From: Candidatus Poribacteria bacterium
GTDB taxonomy: Bacteria; Poribacteria; WGA-4E; WGA-3G
NCBI GenBank assembly: GCA_028820635.1
Contig: JAPPIG010000064.1
Span: 131,074-195,073 of the forward strand
DNA length: 64,000 bases
Direction: 5' to 3'
Shown: piece by piece, positions 30,470 to 39,774 of the stretch
Numbering within the stretch: the stretch's first letter is position 1
Layout of the letters: the number at the start of each line of letters is the position of its first letter
Position numbers and translations under genes: made by a program
The notes under the pieces: model-generated
The model's input: only the letters and a program-made list of their open reading frames with translations
Database searches by the model: none
Told to the model about the DNA's origin: nothing

Positions 30470-31085
30470 TTTGATTCTTCATTAACATCTTCAGTCTCTT
30501 TCTGCCGAATTTCTTCTTGTATCTTTGTCAATTCCATTGAAATATCATTCTTACTAATACCTGATACCGTATCACTGATTTCCTTTGTTCACGTGCAGCG
30601 ATCATATCAGCAACCGCGTCAGATTACTGTGTCTTGAGCTTATCCAATTCACGATGGAGAGTGGTTATCTGAAGTTTATGGGTTTCAATGTCTTCTTGCG
30701 CGCGTTCAATATCCTGTTCAAGTTTAGCTACACGAGCATTTTTCTCTTCCAATGTGGTGTGGTAATCATTATAAGAAGTAATATGTCGGACATAGTCTGG
30801 ATGCTGTTTGATTTCCTCAGCTGATGCACCTGAATCTCGTAGTTCAGCGGCTGTGTTTTTCGACTTTGTGATGGCACCTGCCTTCATCTTTTCAAGTTTG
30901 TCAATGTCATCTGTGAGACCCTTCAGAGAATTTTTCTTGTTTTCTATAAGCGCGATCGACTGCCCGATCACATTTTTGTAACGTTGGATATCTTCCCGTT
31001 TAACGCGGATTTTGAAATAACGAGCAATACTGTTTGCCATTGGAAAATCTCCTGAGAGTGAGATAAAATTTGCTACAATTAACAA
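30470..31085 (-). pseudogene. decaying third PspA/IM30 paralog
   Basis: The N-terminus lacks the conserved EQADKL...AVRGAYEDII block. In-frame CAA>TAA nonsense at ~30624, followed by a frameshifted C-terminal tail that is still DNA-homologous to copies 1 and 2. Confidence 0.55.
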
Positions 31086-31086
31086 G

Positions 31087-31932
31087 TTATTGAAGTTTAC
31101 CTTCTTCTGTAGGTTCTACTTTCGGGTGTGTCGTTATAGCATGGGTGTCTTCTAATGAATTGCTCGTTTGCCCTATCTCTTTATCAATATTTGGGGTAAA
31201 TTCTCTTATCTGTTCATCAACTTTCTTCGCAAAAGCAAGGCTTTCGTCAAGTTCCGTGCGAAGTCGTGAGAGTTCAGTCTCATTACTTTCAGGACTAAGC
31301 GTCAGCACACGAGCATAAAGATGTGAAAGTTGAACAATTGTTTGTTGAACATCTGCTATTTGTTGTTCTCTATGTTCCTTTAGAACTCTTTTAACAGTTG
31401 CCAATTGAGAATCTCTTGATTTCTCGTGCATCTTCAACGTGTCTTTCAAACACTGAACAGCTTGTGTAAAGAGTTCGGTCACTTTACCAGTAATTTCTGC
31501 ACTTACCGTAATAGGGAGGGTCGCCATCCAACCAGCGTCTCGCGCTTCCTCCTGAAAAGATTGATGCAAGGCGCGAAGTTCCTCCAGCATCTGCTCTGTT
31601 CTTTTGTCGCCATCCTTTTTTAACTGTTCATGCAACGCGTTCAGTTCTTGTTCCTGTTTCTGTTGTGCTTCATAGAGTATTTCTTCATGAACGCGTTTTG
31701 CGATGTCGTCCGTGCCGGTTGTCCACTTTGTAATCAGCGCACCAATAGGAAGACCGATACCGATAACCGCGCTTGCGAATAAGTAAAGAATCTTTGGTTC
31801 TAAATTAAACACCCATGACGCGAAAACGCCAAGCGCACCCGCCGCAAATGGATAAATGACGTAAGGGTTACTAATGAGATGGAGTAAGAATTTCTCTCGA
31901 AACAATTTCCTATCAATCAACGTTTTCCCCAA
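31087..31932 (-). CDS. two-TM membrane-anchored coiled-coil protein, first gene of the pspA cluster
   Basis: Hydrophobic segments at ~res 20-43 and 48-68, then a long heptad-rich coiled coil (EEILYEAQQKQEQELNALHEQLKK...). Only a 1-nt gap to the pspA3 remnant. Confidence 0.6.
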   Translation of the reverse strand: MGKTLIDRKLFREKFLLHLISNPYVIYPFAAGALGVFASWVFNLEPKILYLFASAVIGIGLPIGALITKWTTGTDDIAKRVHEEILYEAQQKQEQELNALHEQLKKDGDKRTEQMLEELRALHQSFQEEARDAGWMATLPITVSAEITGKVTELFTQAVQCLKDTLKMHEKSRDSQLATVKRVLKEHREQQIADVQQTIVQLSHLYARVLTLSPESNETELSRLRTELDESLAFAKKVDEQIREFTPNIDKEIGQTSNSLEDTHAITTHPKVEPTEEGKLQ

Positions 31933-32130
31933 ATTGCTTGCGTCAAAGTTTGTTAATTGCTACCTTGTGTTCCATTAAATTTACTAACAATTACAAGTAC
32001 TATCTATAAAACCCTCCTTTAATTTTAACACATCATTCAGGAATTTGTAAAGAGAATTAACAACAAAATCTAATCCATGTATTTGGCAGCATAAGAAGTA
32101 TAACAGAAGCAAGTGAAACAAGCAACTAAT

Positions 32131-32284
32131 CAGAGCCATTCAATTTTCCAGTAATTTCACATTTTATCAGTCTTTTCTTGTAGGAGCGATCTCCGAATCG
32201 CGACTAACTACATTGATAGTCGGGAATCGGAGTTCCCTCCTAATAATATAAAGAATTGGGAGAAACTCGACAATTGAATGGCTC
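32131..32284. repeat. MITE-like element: REP palindrome pair flanked by 14-bp inverted repeats AGAGCCATTCAATT / AATTGAATGGCTCT
   Basis: The interior (32178-32250) is GTAGGAGCGATCTCCGAATCGCGAC ... GTCGGGAATCGGAGTTCCCTCCTA, the reverse complement of the 6470 element. Confidence 0.55.
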
Positions 32285-32409
32285 TGGCAACTGAAAGGAC
32301 AGTATTGAATACATCGCTGTGATATGTTATAATTCAATCATTATACAAAATATGTCAAATTGGTTATTCACCTACACTTTTTGGATCGAAAATAGGACTA
32401 TAGGAGGGA

Positions 32410-33960
32410 TTGGTGGCATTTGATACTATTATCGTTGGGGGAAACATCGTTGATGGCACAGGTAAACGTGAACCTTATGTCGCAGATATTGGTATTCAAG
32501 GTGATAGAATCACAGAAATCGGAGACCTTGAAAAGGCAGAAACGTCAAACCGTATATCAGCAGATGGATTAGTTGTATGCCCTGGCTTCGTTGATGTCCA
32601 CGTGCATTCTGAAATCTCTCTGCTCGGCGGGCGAGATCAGTTTGCTGCAGTTATGCAGGGGGTAACCACCCACTTAGCCGCACCAGACGGTTTTGGATGG
32701 GCACCTTTGCCCTCAAAACTTGCACAAGAACTATGGCACTACACGCAATTTGCGTATGGTGATGACAAAGTTCCGCTCAATTGGCAAACACCAGACGAAT
32801 ATCTCAGTATGTTCAATGGGCAAATCCCTGCAAACCTCTATCCACAAGTACCACACTGCGCTGTTCGGCTTGGTGCAATGGGGTGGGACGCACGTCCTGC
32901 TACCACAGATGAACTGAAAAAAATGGAGCAAACTACACGCGATTGGCTTGAGGCTGGCGCATGTTGTCTCTGTTTAGGTTTGGATTATCAACCCTCTGCG
33001 AATGCTGATTTAAACGAGTTAGTCTATCTTTCAAAGGTAGCAGCAAGTTATGACACGATCTACGCTGCACATATCCGTTACCAACTGATTGGGAGAAAAC
33101 CTGCTTGGGAAGAAACCATTGAGATTGCGCAACAGGCAGAGATTCCAGTTCATATTTCACATGAACGAGTTGACGATGAATCGGCGGAAGTGCTTGAGCG
33201 AGTTGAACGTGAAAACATAGATTTGACCTTTGAATCTTACCTCTATCCCGCTGGGATGACTCACCTTGCCATGATGCTTCCGATGGAATATCAGACAGGT
33301 ACACCCGATGAAATGTTAGCAAATCTGGAAAACCCTGATGTTAGAGAAAAATCACTCCCATATCTGAAAGAAAAGTTAGGGGAAGGCAACCAAATTGTAG
33401 GCTACAATAAGTCTGGAAGATTTATTGGCATGCTACTCTCTGATGCTGCAAAGCATGAAGATAAATCTAATGAAGAATTCGCTTATGATTTCATCCAAGA
33501 AGAATTGGCAATTGAGACCTTTGTAATGCCGTGGGTAACACCCCTCGAAGAAAATGAACGGATTTTGAACCGCACTGCAAGTCATCCACGCATGATGATT
33601 GCCAGCGATGGTGTTTACAATATTCCACATCCGCACCCACGAAGTTATGGGTGTTTCGTGCAGTATCTCGGCAAATTTGTACGTGAAAGACAGTTAGTCT
33701 CATTGAAAGAAGCGATTTATAAGATGAGCGGTTTTCCTGCAGAACGATTCCGACTTTCAGATCGTGGGAAAATTGCGTGTGGACTCGCTGCGGATATTGT
33801 TATTTTCAACCCTGATACCGTAGCAGATCGCTCCACATGGTTTGATCCGGTGCAGCCCCCTGTCGGTGTAGATTGGGTATTCGTCAACGGAACTCCCGTA
33901 ATTGAAGATGGCAACGTAACAGGAAAGCTGCCAGGAAAAGTCTTACGCCATCATAAATAG
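32410..33960 (+). CDS. N-acyl-D-amino-acid deacylase (D-aminoacylase) family amidohydrolase
   Basis: DTIIVGGNIVDGTG...ADIGIQGDRI...PGFVDVHVHSE. Metal-binding HxH motif and the overall D-aminoacylase pattern. Confidence 0.75.
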   Translation: MVAFDTIIVGGNIVDGTGKREPYVADIGIQGDRITEIGDLEKAETSNRISADGLVVCPGFVDVHVHSEISLLGGRDQFAAVMQGVTTHLAAPDGFGWAPLPSKLAQELWHYTQFAYGDDKVPLNWQTPDEYLSMFNGQIPANLYPQVPHCAVRLGAMGWDARPATTDELKKMEQTTRDWLEAGACCLCLGLDYQPSANADLNELVYLSKVAASYDTIYAAHIRYQLIGRKPAWEETIEIAQQAEIPVHISHERVDDESAEVLERVERENIDLTFESYLYPAGMTHLAMMLPMEYQTGTPDEMLANLENPDVREKSLPYLKEKLGEGNQIVGYNKSGRFIGMLLSDAAKHEDKSNEEFAYDFIQEELAIETFVMPWVTPLEENERILNRTASHPRMMIASDGVYNIPHPHPRSYGCFVQYLGKFVRERQLVSLKEAIYKMSGFPAERFRLSDRGKIACGLAADIVIFNPDTVADRSTWFDPVQPPVGVDWVFVNGTPVIEDGNVTGKLPGKVLRHHK

Positions 33961-33969
33961 AAGTGAAAC

Positions 33970-35460
33970 ATGAATGAAAAAACTACGGATATTTATGATT
34001 TAACTATCATCGGCGGCGGAAGTGCTGGACTTGTGCTTGCTGTGGCGGGGGCAAAACTTGGTAAAAAGACTGCGCTTGTGGAGAAACATCGCATCGGTGG
34101 TGATTGCCTCTGGACAGGATGTGTGCCTTCAAAAGCATTGCTCAAAGCTGCAAAGGTTGCAAATTATATCCGAAACGCAGAGAAATATGGGATTACTACG
34201 ACTGAAACCAAACCTCAATGGCAGAAAGTTATAGAATATGTGCGCAGCACGCAACATATGATTGAACAGGAACACGATAATCCTGAACGGTTCCGCGAGA
34301 TGGGGGTTGATGTCATCTTCGGAGATGGGCATTTTGAATCACGCGATACCTTTGTTGTGGAAGACAGTGAAAACGAGCAAACCAGAACGATCAAAAGCAA
34401 AAAGTATGTTATTAGCACGGGTTCTCGTCCTCTTGCGCCGCCTATACCCGGATTAGAATCTTGCGATTATCTTGACAGTGAAAATGTGTGGGAATTGGAA
34501 GAATTGCCTCAACGGCTGCTTGTTATCGGGGCAGGTCCAATCGGCATTGAATTGGGACAGGCATTTCATCGGCTTGGTGCAGAAGTAACAATAGCGCAGC
34601 GGAGCGGCCGTATTCTAACAAAAGAGGAGGTTGATGTTTCTGAGAAGATGTTAAATTATCTTATTTCAGATGGCATTGATATTCGACTTAATACGAACAT
34701 AACGAAGATTGAAAAACATAAGAATGGTTTTAGTGTGATATTATCGGGGTTACAAACCCCTCCAACATCTGAATTAGAGTTTCAGTCCTCCGCAAACCAA
34801 AATAATCAGGAACAGGTTTACGATAAGATTTTGATTGCCGCAGGACGCGCCCCAAATGTCGAAGGTTTGGAACTTGAAAAAATTGGAGTGAAAGTTAAAA
34901 AAAAGGGAATCGTCGTTAATGGACAACTTCAGACACATGTGAAAAACATATATGCTGCAGGTGACGTAATCGGACACTATCTTTTTACACATGTGGCAGC
35001 ATTTCAAGCGCAATTGCTTGTTAGGAACTTTCTCTTACCTTTCTCCAAAAAGATAAACTACTCTGTTGTACCTTGGACAACGTTCTGTGATCCAGAGGTC
35101 GCTCGATGTGGATTGACAGAAGCGGAAGCCCGTGAGAAATATGGTGATGTTGATGTGTTCACACTGGATCAAGCAGATGTTGACAGGGCAGTTGCAGATG
35201 GGGAAACACACGGATTTAGCAAAATCATTGCAAGTAAATGGCGCGGAAAGATATTAGGGGTACACCTTGTCGGTGTCAATGCAGGGGAGGTTATCCATGA
35301 GTATGTTTTGGCTATGCAGGAAGGGATTCCATTACGGAAGTTGAGTGGAATGATTCATGTGTATCCGACTTATTCAACCAGTGTGTGGCGTGTGGCTGCG
35401 AAATGGCTTTCGGAAGGCACGTTGGTTCAAATATTGCGGAAATTGATTGGGTCCGGGTAA
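33970..35460 (+). CDS. FAD-dependent pyridine nucleotide-disulfide oxidoreductase (dihydrolipoamide dehydrogenase / mercuric reductase class)
   Basis: YDLTIIGGGSAG FAD fold; redox-active GGDCLWTGCVPSK disulfide; second Rossmann LLVIGAGPIGIELG; C-terminal dimerisation domain. Confidence 0.8.
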   Translation: MNEKTTDIYDLTIIGGGSAGLVLAVAGAKLGKKTALVEKHRIGGDCLWTGCVPSKALLKAAKVANYIRNAEKYGITTTETKPQWQKVIEYVRSTQHMIEQEHDNPERFREMGVDVIFGDGHFESRDTFVVEDSENEQTRTIKSKKYVISTGSRPLAPPIPGLESCDYLDSENVWELEELPQRLLVIGAGPIGIELGQAFHRLGAEVTIAQRSGRILTKEEVDVSEKMLNYLISDGIDIRLNTNITKIEKHKNGFSVILSGLQTPPTSELEFQSSANQNNQEQVYDKILIAAGRAPNVEGLELEKIGVKVKKKGIVVNGQLQTHVKNIYAAGDVIGHYLFTHVAAFQAQLLVRNFLLPFSKKINYSVVPWTTFCDPEVARCGLTEAEAREKYGDVDVFTLDQADVDRAVADGETHGFSKIIASKWRGKILGVHLVGVNAGEVIHEYVLAMQEGIPLRKLSGMIHVYPTYSTSVWRVAAKWLSEGTLVQILRKLIGSG

Positions 35461-35828
35461 TGTCAATGCTTTCAGAATTACTTAATCAAGTATAAAAAGA
35501 GTCGGAAACCACGTCTCAAAACGGTTGAGAAATTTCAGGGATTCTAACCTAACGCATATAATATTGACTAACACGCTGCGCTTTTCAGAGATTGCAGTTC
35601 CGACTCACCTAAGGAGGCTTAGGAAATGTTAAGCAATTTTTATGCCAATAAAAAAGAGGTGTTTTAGCGGTTTGTTCGGTAAAATTGCTTACTTTTTAGT
35701 CAATTTGATGATTAAAAAATAGACATTGTTCAGGAATGGTGTCGCGACCGGGAGGTCGCTCCTACAAGAACAAACTCTTTAGAATTTTCTACAATCTAAA
35801 GATGAAACAGATGAACGCGTTTAGAAGA

Positions 35829-37286
35829 TCAACCCTTCACAACACCAATCGGACGGAGGCGCGCAACGCGGCGTGACAACCCTGCTTCGTCAACAACACG
35901 GACGACCTCATCTACATCTTTGTAAGCCTCCGAAACCTCTTCTTGCAGCGTGCGTTTACCTTCCGCACGAACATAAATACCTTGTGCTTCAAGGTCCTTT
36001 TGAACAGAACGACCTTCGGTTAAAGCTATCGCTTTCCGTCTTGAAAGTACTCTACCTGCACCGTGGCAGGTTGTGCCCCATGTCTCTGCCATTGCACCCG
36101 GATTGCCGACAAGCACATAAGAAGCAGTCCCCATATCACCAGGTATCAACACGGGCTGCCCAACTTTCTGGTATTTATCGGGAATCTCTGGATGTCCTGC
36201 GGGGAACGCACGGGTTGCGCCTTTGCGATGAATGAATAACTCGCGTTCTTTACCATCAACTTTATGCTTTTCAAACTTCCCGATGTTATGTGCTACATCG
36301 TAGACGAGTTCCAAGCCAAGTTCATCTTCAGTTGTGTCAAAAAACTTCATAAAGGTCTGGCGGACGAGATGCATGATACACTGCCGATTGTTCCACGCAT
36401 AGTTAGCACTACATGCCATGGCGGTGATGTAATCTTTGCCTTCTGGTGAGTTTATTGGTGCAGAAGCAAGTTGCCTATCAGGTAGATTAATGCCGTATCT
36501 TTCTGCAACTTGGACCCAACTTTTAACATGCTCATCACAAATCTGATAACCGAAACCGCGCGAACCCGTATGAATCATGACGCAAATATTTCCCTCGCGC
36601 AATCCCATCGCATCCGCAGCTTCCCGGTAAAAGATACGATCAACTGCTTGCACTTCAAGAAAATGATTGCCTGATCCGAGTGTGCCGAGTTGATTTTTTC
36701 CACGTTCTAATGCCCGTTGACTTGCAGCATCAGCGTTTGCTTGTTCAAGATAGCCTGTCGCTTCAGTAAATTGTAGGTCATGCGGGTGTCCGTATTCACG
36801 TTCAATTGACCAACTTGCGCCTTTTTCCAGCATCTGACGTTCTTCTTGGACTGTAAGACGAATCTTACCTTTAGAACCGACACCACACGGCACATTCTCA
36901 AACAATTTGCCGACAAGTGCCTTTGTCTTACCTTCAAGCTGCGAAATGTCGAGATTTGTCCGCACAAGGCGAACTCCACAATTGATGTCGTATCCGATAC
37001 CACCTGGAGAAACAACACCATCTGCTTGTGGATCGGTTGCTGCAACACCACCGATAACAAATCCGTAACCCCAATGTAAATCGGGCATTGCGAGAGAGTG
37101 TTTAACGATACCGGGGAGATGGGCAACATTTGCCACCTGTTGTAAAGCTTCGTCGCTTTTCGCTTGGTTTAAGAGTTTTTCATTAGCATAGACAATTCCA
37201 TCAACTCGCATTCCTTTCATATAACTTTTTGGGATGCGCCAGCGGTACTCGTCAATTTTTTGGAGTATTACGTTTTGTTGTGCCAT
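35829..37286 (-). CDS. rtcB: RNA-splicing ligase RtcB (archaeal/eukaryal HSPC117-type)
   Basis: GYDINCGVR, GSGNHF, HTGSRGFG, HNI, and the N-terminal WRIPKSYMKGMRVDG block like human RTCB. Start trimmed to ATG (MAQQNV) with GGAG RBS. Confidence 0.9.
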   Translation of the reverse strand: MAQQNVILQKIDEYRWRIPKSYMKGMRVDGIVYANEKLLNQAKSDEALQQVANVAHLPGIVKHSLAMPDLHWGYGFVIGGVAATDPQADGVVSPGGIGYDINCGVRLVRTNLDISQLEGKTKALVGKLFENVPCGVGSKGKIRLTVQEERQMLEKGASWSIEREYGHPHDLQFTEATGYLEQANADAASQRALERGKNQLGTLGSGNHFLEVQAVDRIFYREAADAMGLREGNICVMIHTGSRGFGYQICDEHVKSWVQVAERYGINLPDRQLASAPINSPEGKDYITAMACSANYAWNNRQCIMHLVRQTFMKFFDTTEDELGLELVYDVAHNIGKFEKHKVDGKERELFIHRKGATRAFPAGHPEIPDKYQKVGQPVLIPGDMGTASYVLVGNPGAMAETWGTTCHGAGRVLSRRKAIALTEGRSVQKDLEAQGIYVRAEGKRTLQEEVSEAYKDVDEVVRVVDEAGLSRRVARLRPIGVVKG

Positions 37287-37316
37287 CTTTTTAGTCTCCA
37301 AAGATTTTCAGTAAAA

Positions 37317-38489
37317 TCATGAAACTGGTGATAATTCTGGTAAATCAATCCATTTGCGGGATTTCCAAGATTCCATACCTATTTCTGCTAATTGAACGCC
37401 CTTTGCACCTTCAAGCAACGTCCACGGGAACGGTTCATCTGCCACGACATGACGTAGGAATAACTCCCACTGTGCTCTAAAAGCGTTCTCGTAGGTCTCT
37501 TGTTCTGGAATTTTAAGCCATCCATCAAAAAATTTAATTGGTTGTTCAATATCAGGATTCCAAACAGGACGCGGCGTGCCGGATAGAGGTTGAATCCAGC
37601 AATCTCTCAAGCCAGTAACAGCAGAACCGTTCAAACCATCTACGTGTATCGTCAATAGATCGTCACGGCGGACCCGAACTGCCCAAGATGAGTTAAAATG
37701 CGCAATAATACCGTTTTCTAATTCAAAGGTAGCATAGGCAGCATCTTCTGCGGTACACTGATACGGTTTGTTCTCCTCATCCCATCGTTGTGGAAGATGC
37801 GTAGTTGCTATACAAGATACTCCCTTGACTGCTCCGAAAAGGTTGTCTAAAACATATCGCCAATGACTAAACATATCAAGGATAATGCCGCCGCCATCTT
37901 CGGCACGGTAGTTCCATGATGGGCGTTGGGTTGGGATTGCATCACCTTGAAAAACCCAATAGCCGAATTCACCGCGCACAGCGATGATTTTTCCGAAAAA
38001 GTCCGCGTCAATCAAACGTTTCAGTTTCTGAATGCCGGGCAACCACAGTTTATCCTGAACAACTCCGTTTTTAAGTCCTGCTTTTGCTGCTTGTTCATAG
38101 AGACTATAAGCGTCTGCAGTAGTTGTAGCAGTCGGTTTTTCACAGTAGATGTGTTTCCCTGCTGAGATTGCTGCTTGCACCGCGTCAACTCTGCGTGACG
38201 TTACTTGCGCGTCAAAATAGACAGTATAAGCGTCATCAGCGAGTGCAGCGTCAAGGTCTGTACTCCACTTTTCAACGCCAGTAGATTCAGACAATTTCTC
38301 TAATTTCGTTGGATTTCTACCGACGAGAAACGGGTCAGGCATGATTACTTCGCCATCGCCAATTGGGATGCCGCCATCTTCAGCGATTGCTAATAGCGAG
38401 CGGATAAGATGCTGATTTGTTCCCATCCTACCAGTGACACCGTTCATGATGATGCCTACACGATGGGTTTTAAGGGTTTGATTTGTCAT
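37317..38489 (-). CDS. Gfo/Idh/MocA family oxidoreductase
   Basis: Rossmann N-terminus VGIIMNGVTGRMG, EKP motif, C-terminal alpha/beta domain. Confidence 0.8.
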   Translation of the reverse strand: MTNQTLKTHRVGIIMNGVTGRMGTNQHLIRSLLAIAEDGGIPIGDGEVIMPDPFLVGRNPTKLEKLSESTGVEKWSTDLDAALADDAYTVYFDAQVTSRRVDAVQAAISAGKHIYCEKPTATTTADAYSLYEQAAKAGLKNGVVQDKLWLPGIQKLKRLIDADFFGKIIAVRGEFGYWVFQGDAIPTQRPSWNYRAEDGGGIILDMFSHWRYVLDNLFGAVKGVSCIATTHLPQRWDEENKPYQCTAEDAAYATFELENGIIAHFNSSWAVRVRRDDLLTIHVDGLNGSAVTGLRDCWIQPLSGTPRPVWNPDIEQPIKFFDGWLKIPEQETYENAFRAQWELFLRHVVADEPFPWTLLEGAKGVQLAEIGMESWKSRKWIDLPELSPVS

Positions 38490-38558
38490 TTACAATCCTT
38501 ATTCTTGGGCATGTAAGAGCAGTACTTACTCCGTTTAGAAAACGAGAAAGCATAACAA

Positions 38559-39008
38559 TTATTCTTTGGGTTTGTCAGTGCACTGAGGCGCTGCACCTTC
38601 GGGAAGTGGTGGAACATCTATACCAGCTTTTGGAAGTGTACCAGCAAGTTCCTGTTTCCAATGGTCAACATCTCCTGCTGGACCGTAGCAATAGACCATT
38701 TTCATCGGTGTGTCGCTTGTGTTCGTCAATTGATGGAAGACCCACGAGGGAATGAAAACAGTTTGTCCTGTTGAGATCGTTTGCCGTTCCTCACCGAGAC
38801 ACATTTCGCCTTCACCTTCAACGATAAAGTATATCTCTTCTTGTTCGTGATTGTGCCACGGCACTTGTCCGCCGTTTGGTTCTAAAACCACGAACCCCAT
38901 ACAAAATTCGTCTATCTGTATCGGGGACGCACCACCAACAAGATTTCTGGTTAATCTACGTGCTGGATATGTTCTACCTTCCATTTCATTTACATCTGCA
39001 ATAAGCAT
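38559..39008 (-). CDS. cupin-domain protein
   Basis: GGQVPWHNHEQEEIYFIVEGEGEM...GQTVFIPSWVFHQL: the two-His cupin motifs. Confidence 0.65.
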   Translation of the reverse strand: MLIADVNEMEGRTYPARRLTRNLVGGASPIQIDEFCMGFVVLEPNGGQVPWHNHEQEEIYFIVEGEGEMCLGEERQTISTGQTVFIPSWVFHQLTNTSDTPMKMVYCYGPAGDVDHWKQELAGTLPKAGIDVPPLPEGAAPQCTDKPKE

Positions 39009-39041
39009 TGTGTTGTCCTTTCCATGTTTTTTAATGCAACT

Positions 39042-39608
39042 CTATTCAAAAAGTTCTGCCACCTGACAAGAAAATCCTTTGACAACTTCCTCTCCGCTGA
39101 GCGTATCATTCCGTGTGAGGGTTGTGATTTCCGTTTCCGAACGATAGACAGTTACCGTTTTGAATGTGGGGCTGAGTAGCCATACCAACTGTGTTCCTGC
39201 TTCAAGGTATGCATAAACCTTTTCTTCGACGCGTCGTAACGTGTCTGAGGGCGAAACGACTTCAACGGCAAGGTCTGGTGGAACTGGAGATGCCTTGCTC
39301 TGATCAGCAGGAAGCCGGTCAGTTGAAACAAAGGCGATATCAGGTATCAGCACGCGTTCACCAACCCGGAAGCCTGTTTCTGAAAGAACACGTCCCAGTT
39401 GATTTTCACGAACGTACAAGTGTAGCAACGAGCTTAGGTTCACACTAATGTAGCCGTGTTCCACTGAAGTAGGTGGCATCGGAATTAATTCTCCTTTTAT
39501 ATATTCATACCCTTCTAAATCGCTTTCAAGGAATTCTTCCAAAGTCATCTTGGGAAGCTCAGCGGGAAGACTATCTGGCGTGATTTGATGAACTTCTTGG
39601 GCATCCAT
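39042..39608 (-). CDS. Uma2-family (DUF820) putative PD-(D/E)xK endonuclease
   Basis: EYIKGELIPMPP...GFRVGERVLIPDIAFV...PDLAVEVVSPSD fits the Uma2 pattern. Confidence 0.7.
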   Translation of the reverse strand: MDAQEVHQITPDSLPAELPKMTLEEFLESDLEGYEYIKGELIPMPPTSVEHGYISVNLSSLLHLYVRENQLGRVLSETGFRVGERVLIPDIAFVSTDRLPADQSKASPVPPDLAVEVVSPSDTLRRVEEKVYAYLEAGTQLVWLLSPTFKTVTVYRSETEITTLTRNDTLSGEEVVKGFSCQVAELFE

Positions 39609-39774
39609 TGTTTCTCCTCCTATGATGGATTATCATGTGATTGCTACATTCTATTGACAATTTACCACAGTCCGCTTATAGAATTCAACTGCTTTTTATT
39701 TGATAGTTGCAATAGTATAGGCGTGCATGCTTACAACGCATGCACGCCTATACCAAACAATACAATTACTACTC

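Noticed and set aside
35636-35678. 13-aa peptide ORF (MLSNFYANKKEVF) with perfect GGAGG RBS between convergent genes
   Set aside because: It is too short to evaluate and there is no downstream regulated gene. The RBS-like GGAGG is part of a CCTAAGGAGGCTTAGG hairpin.
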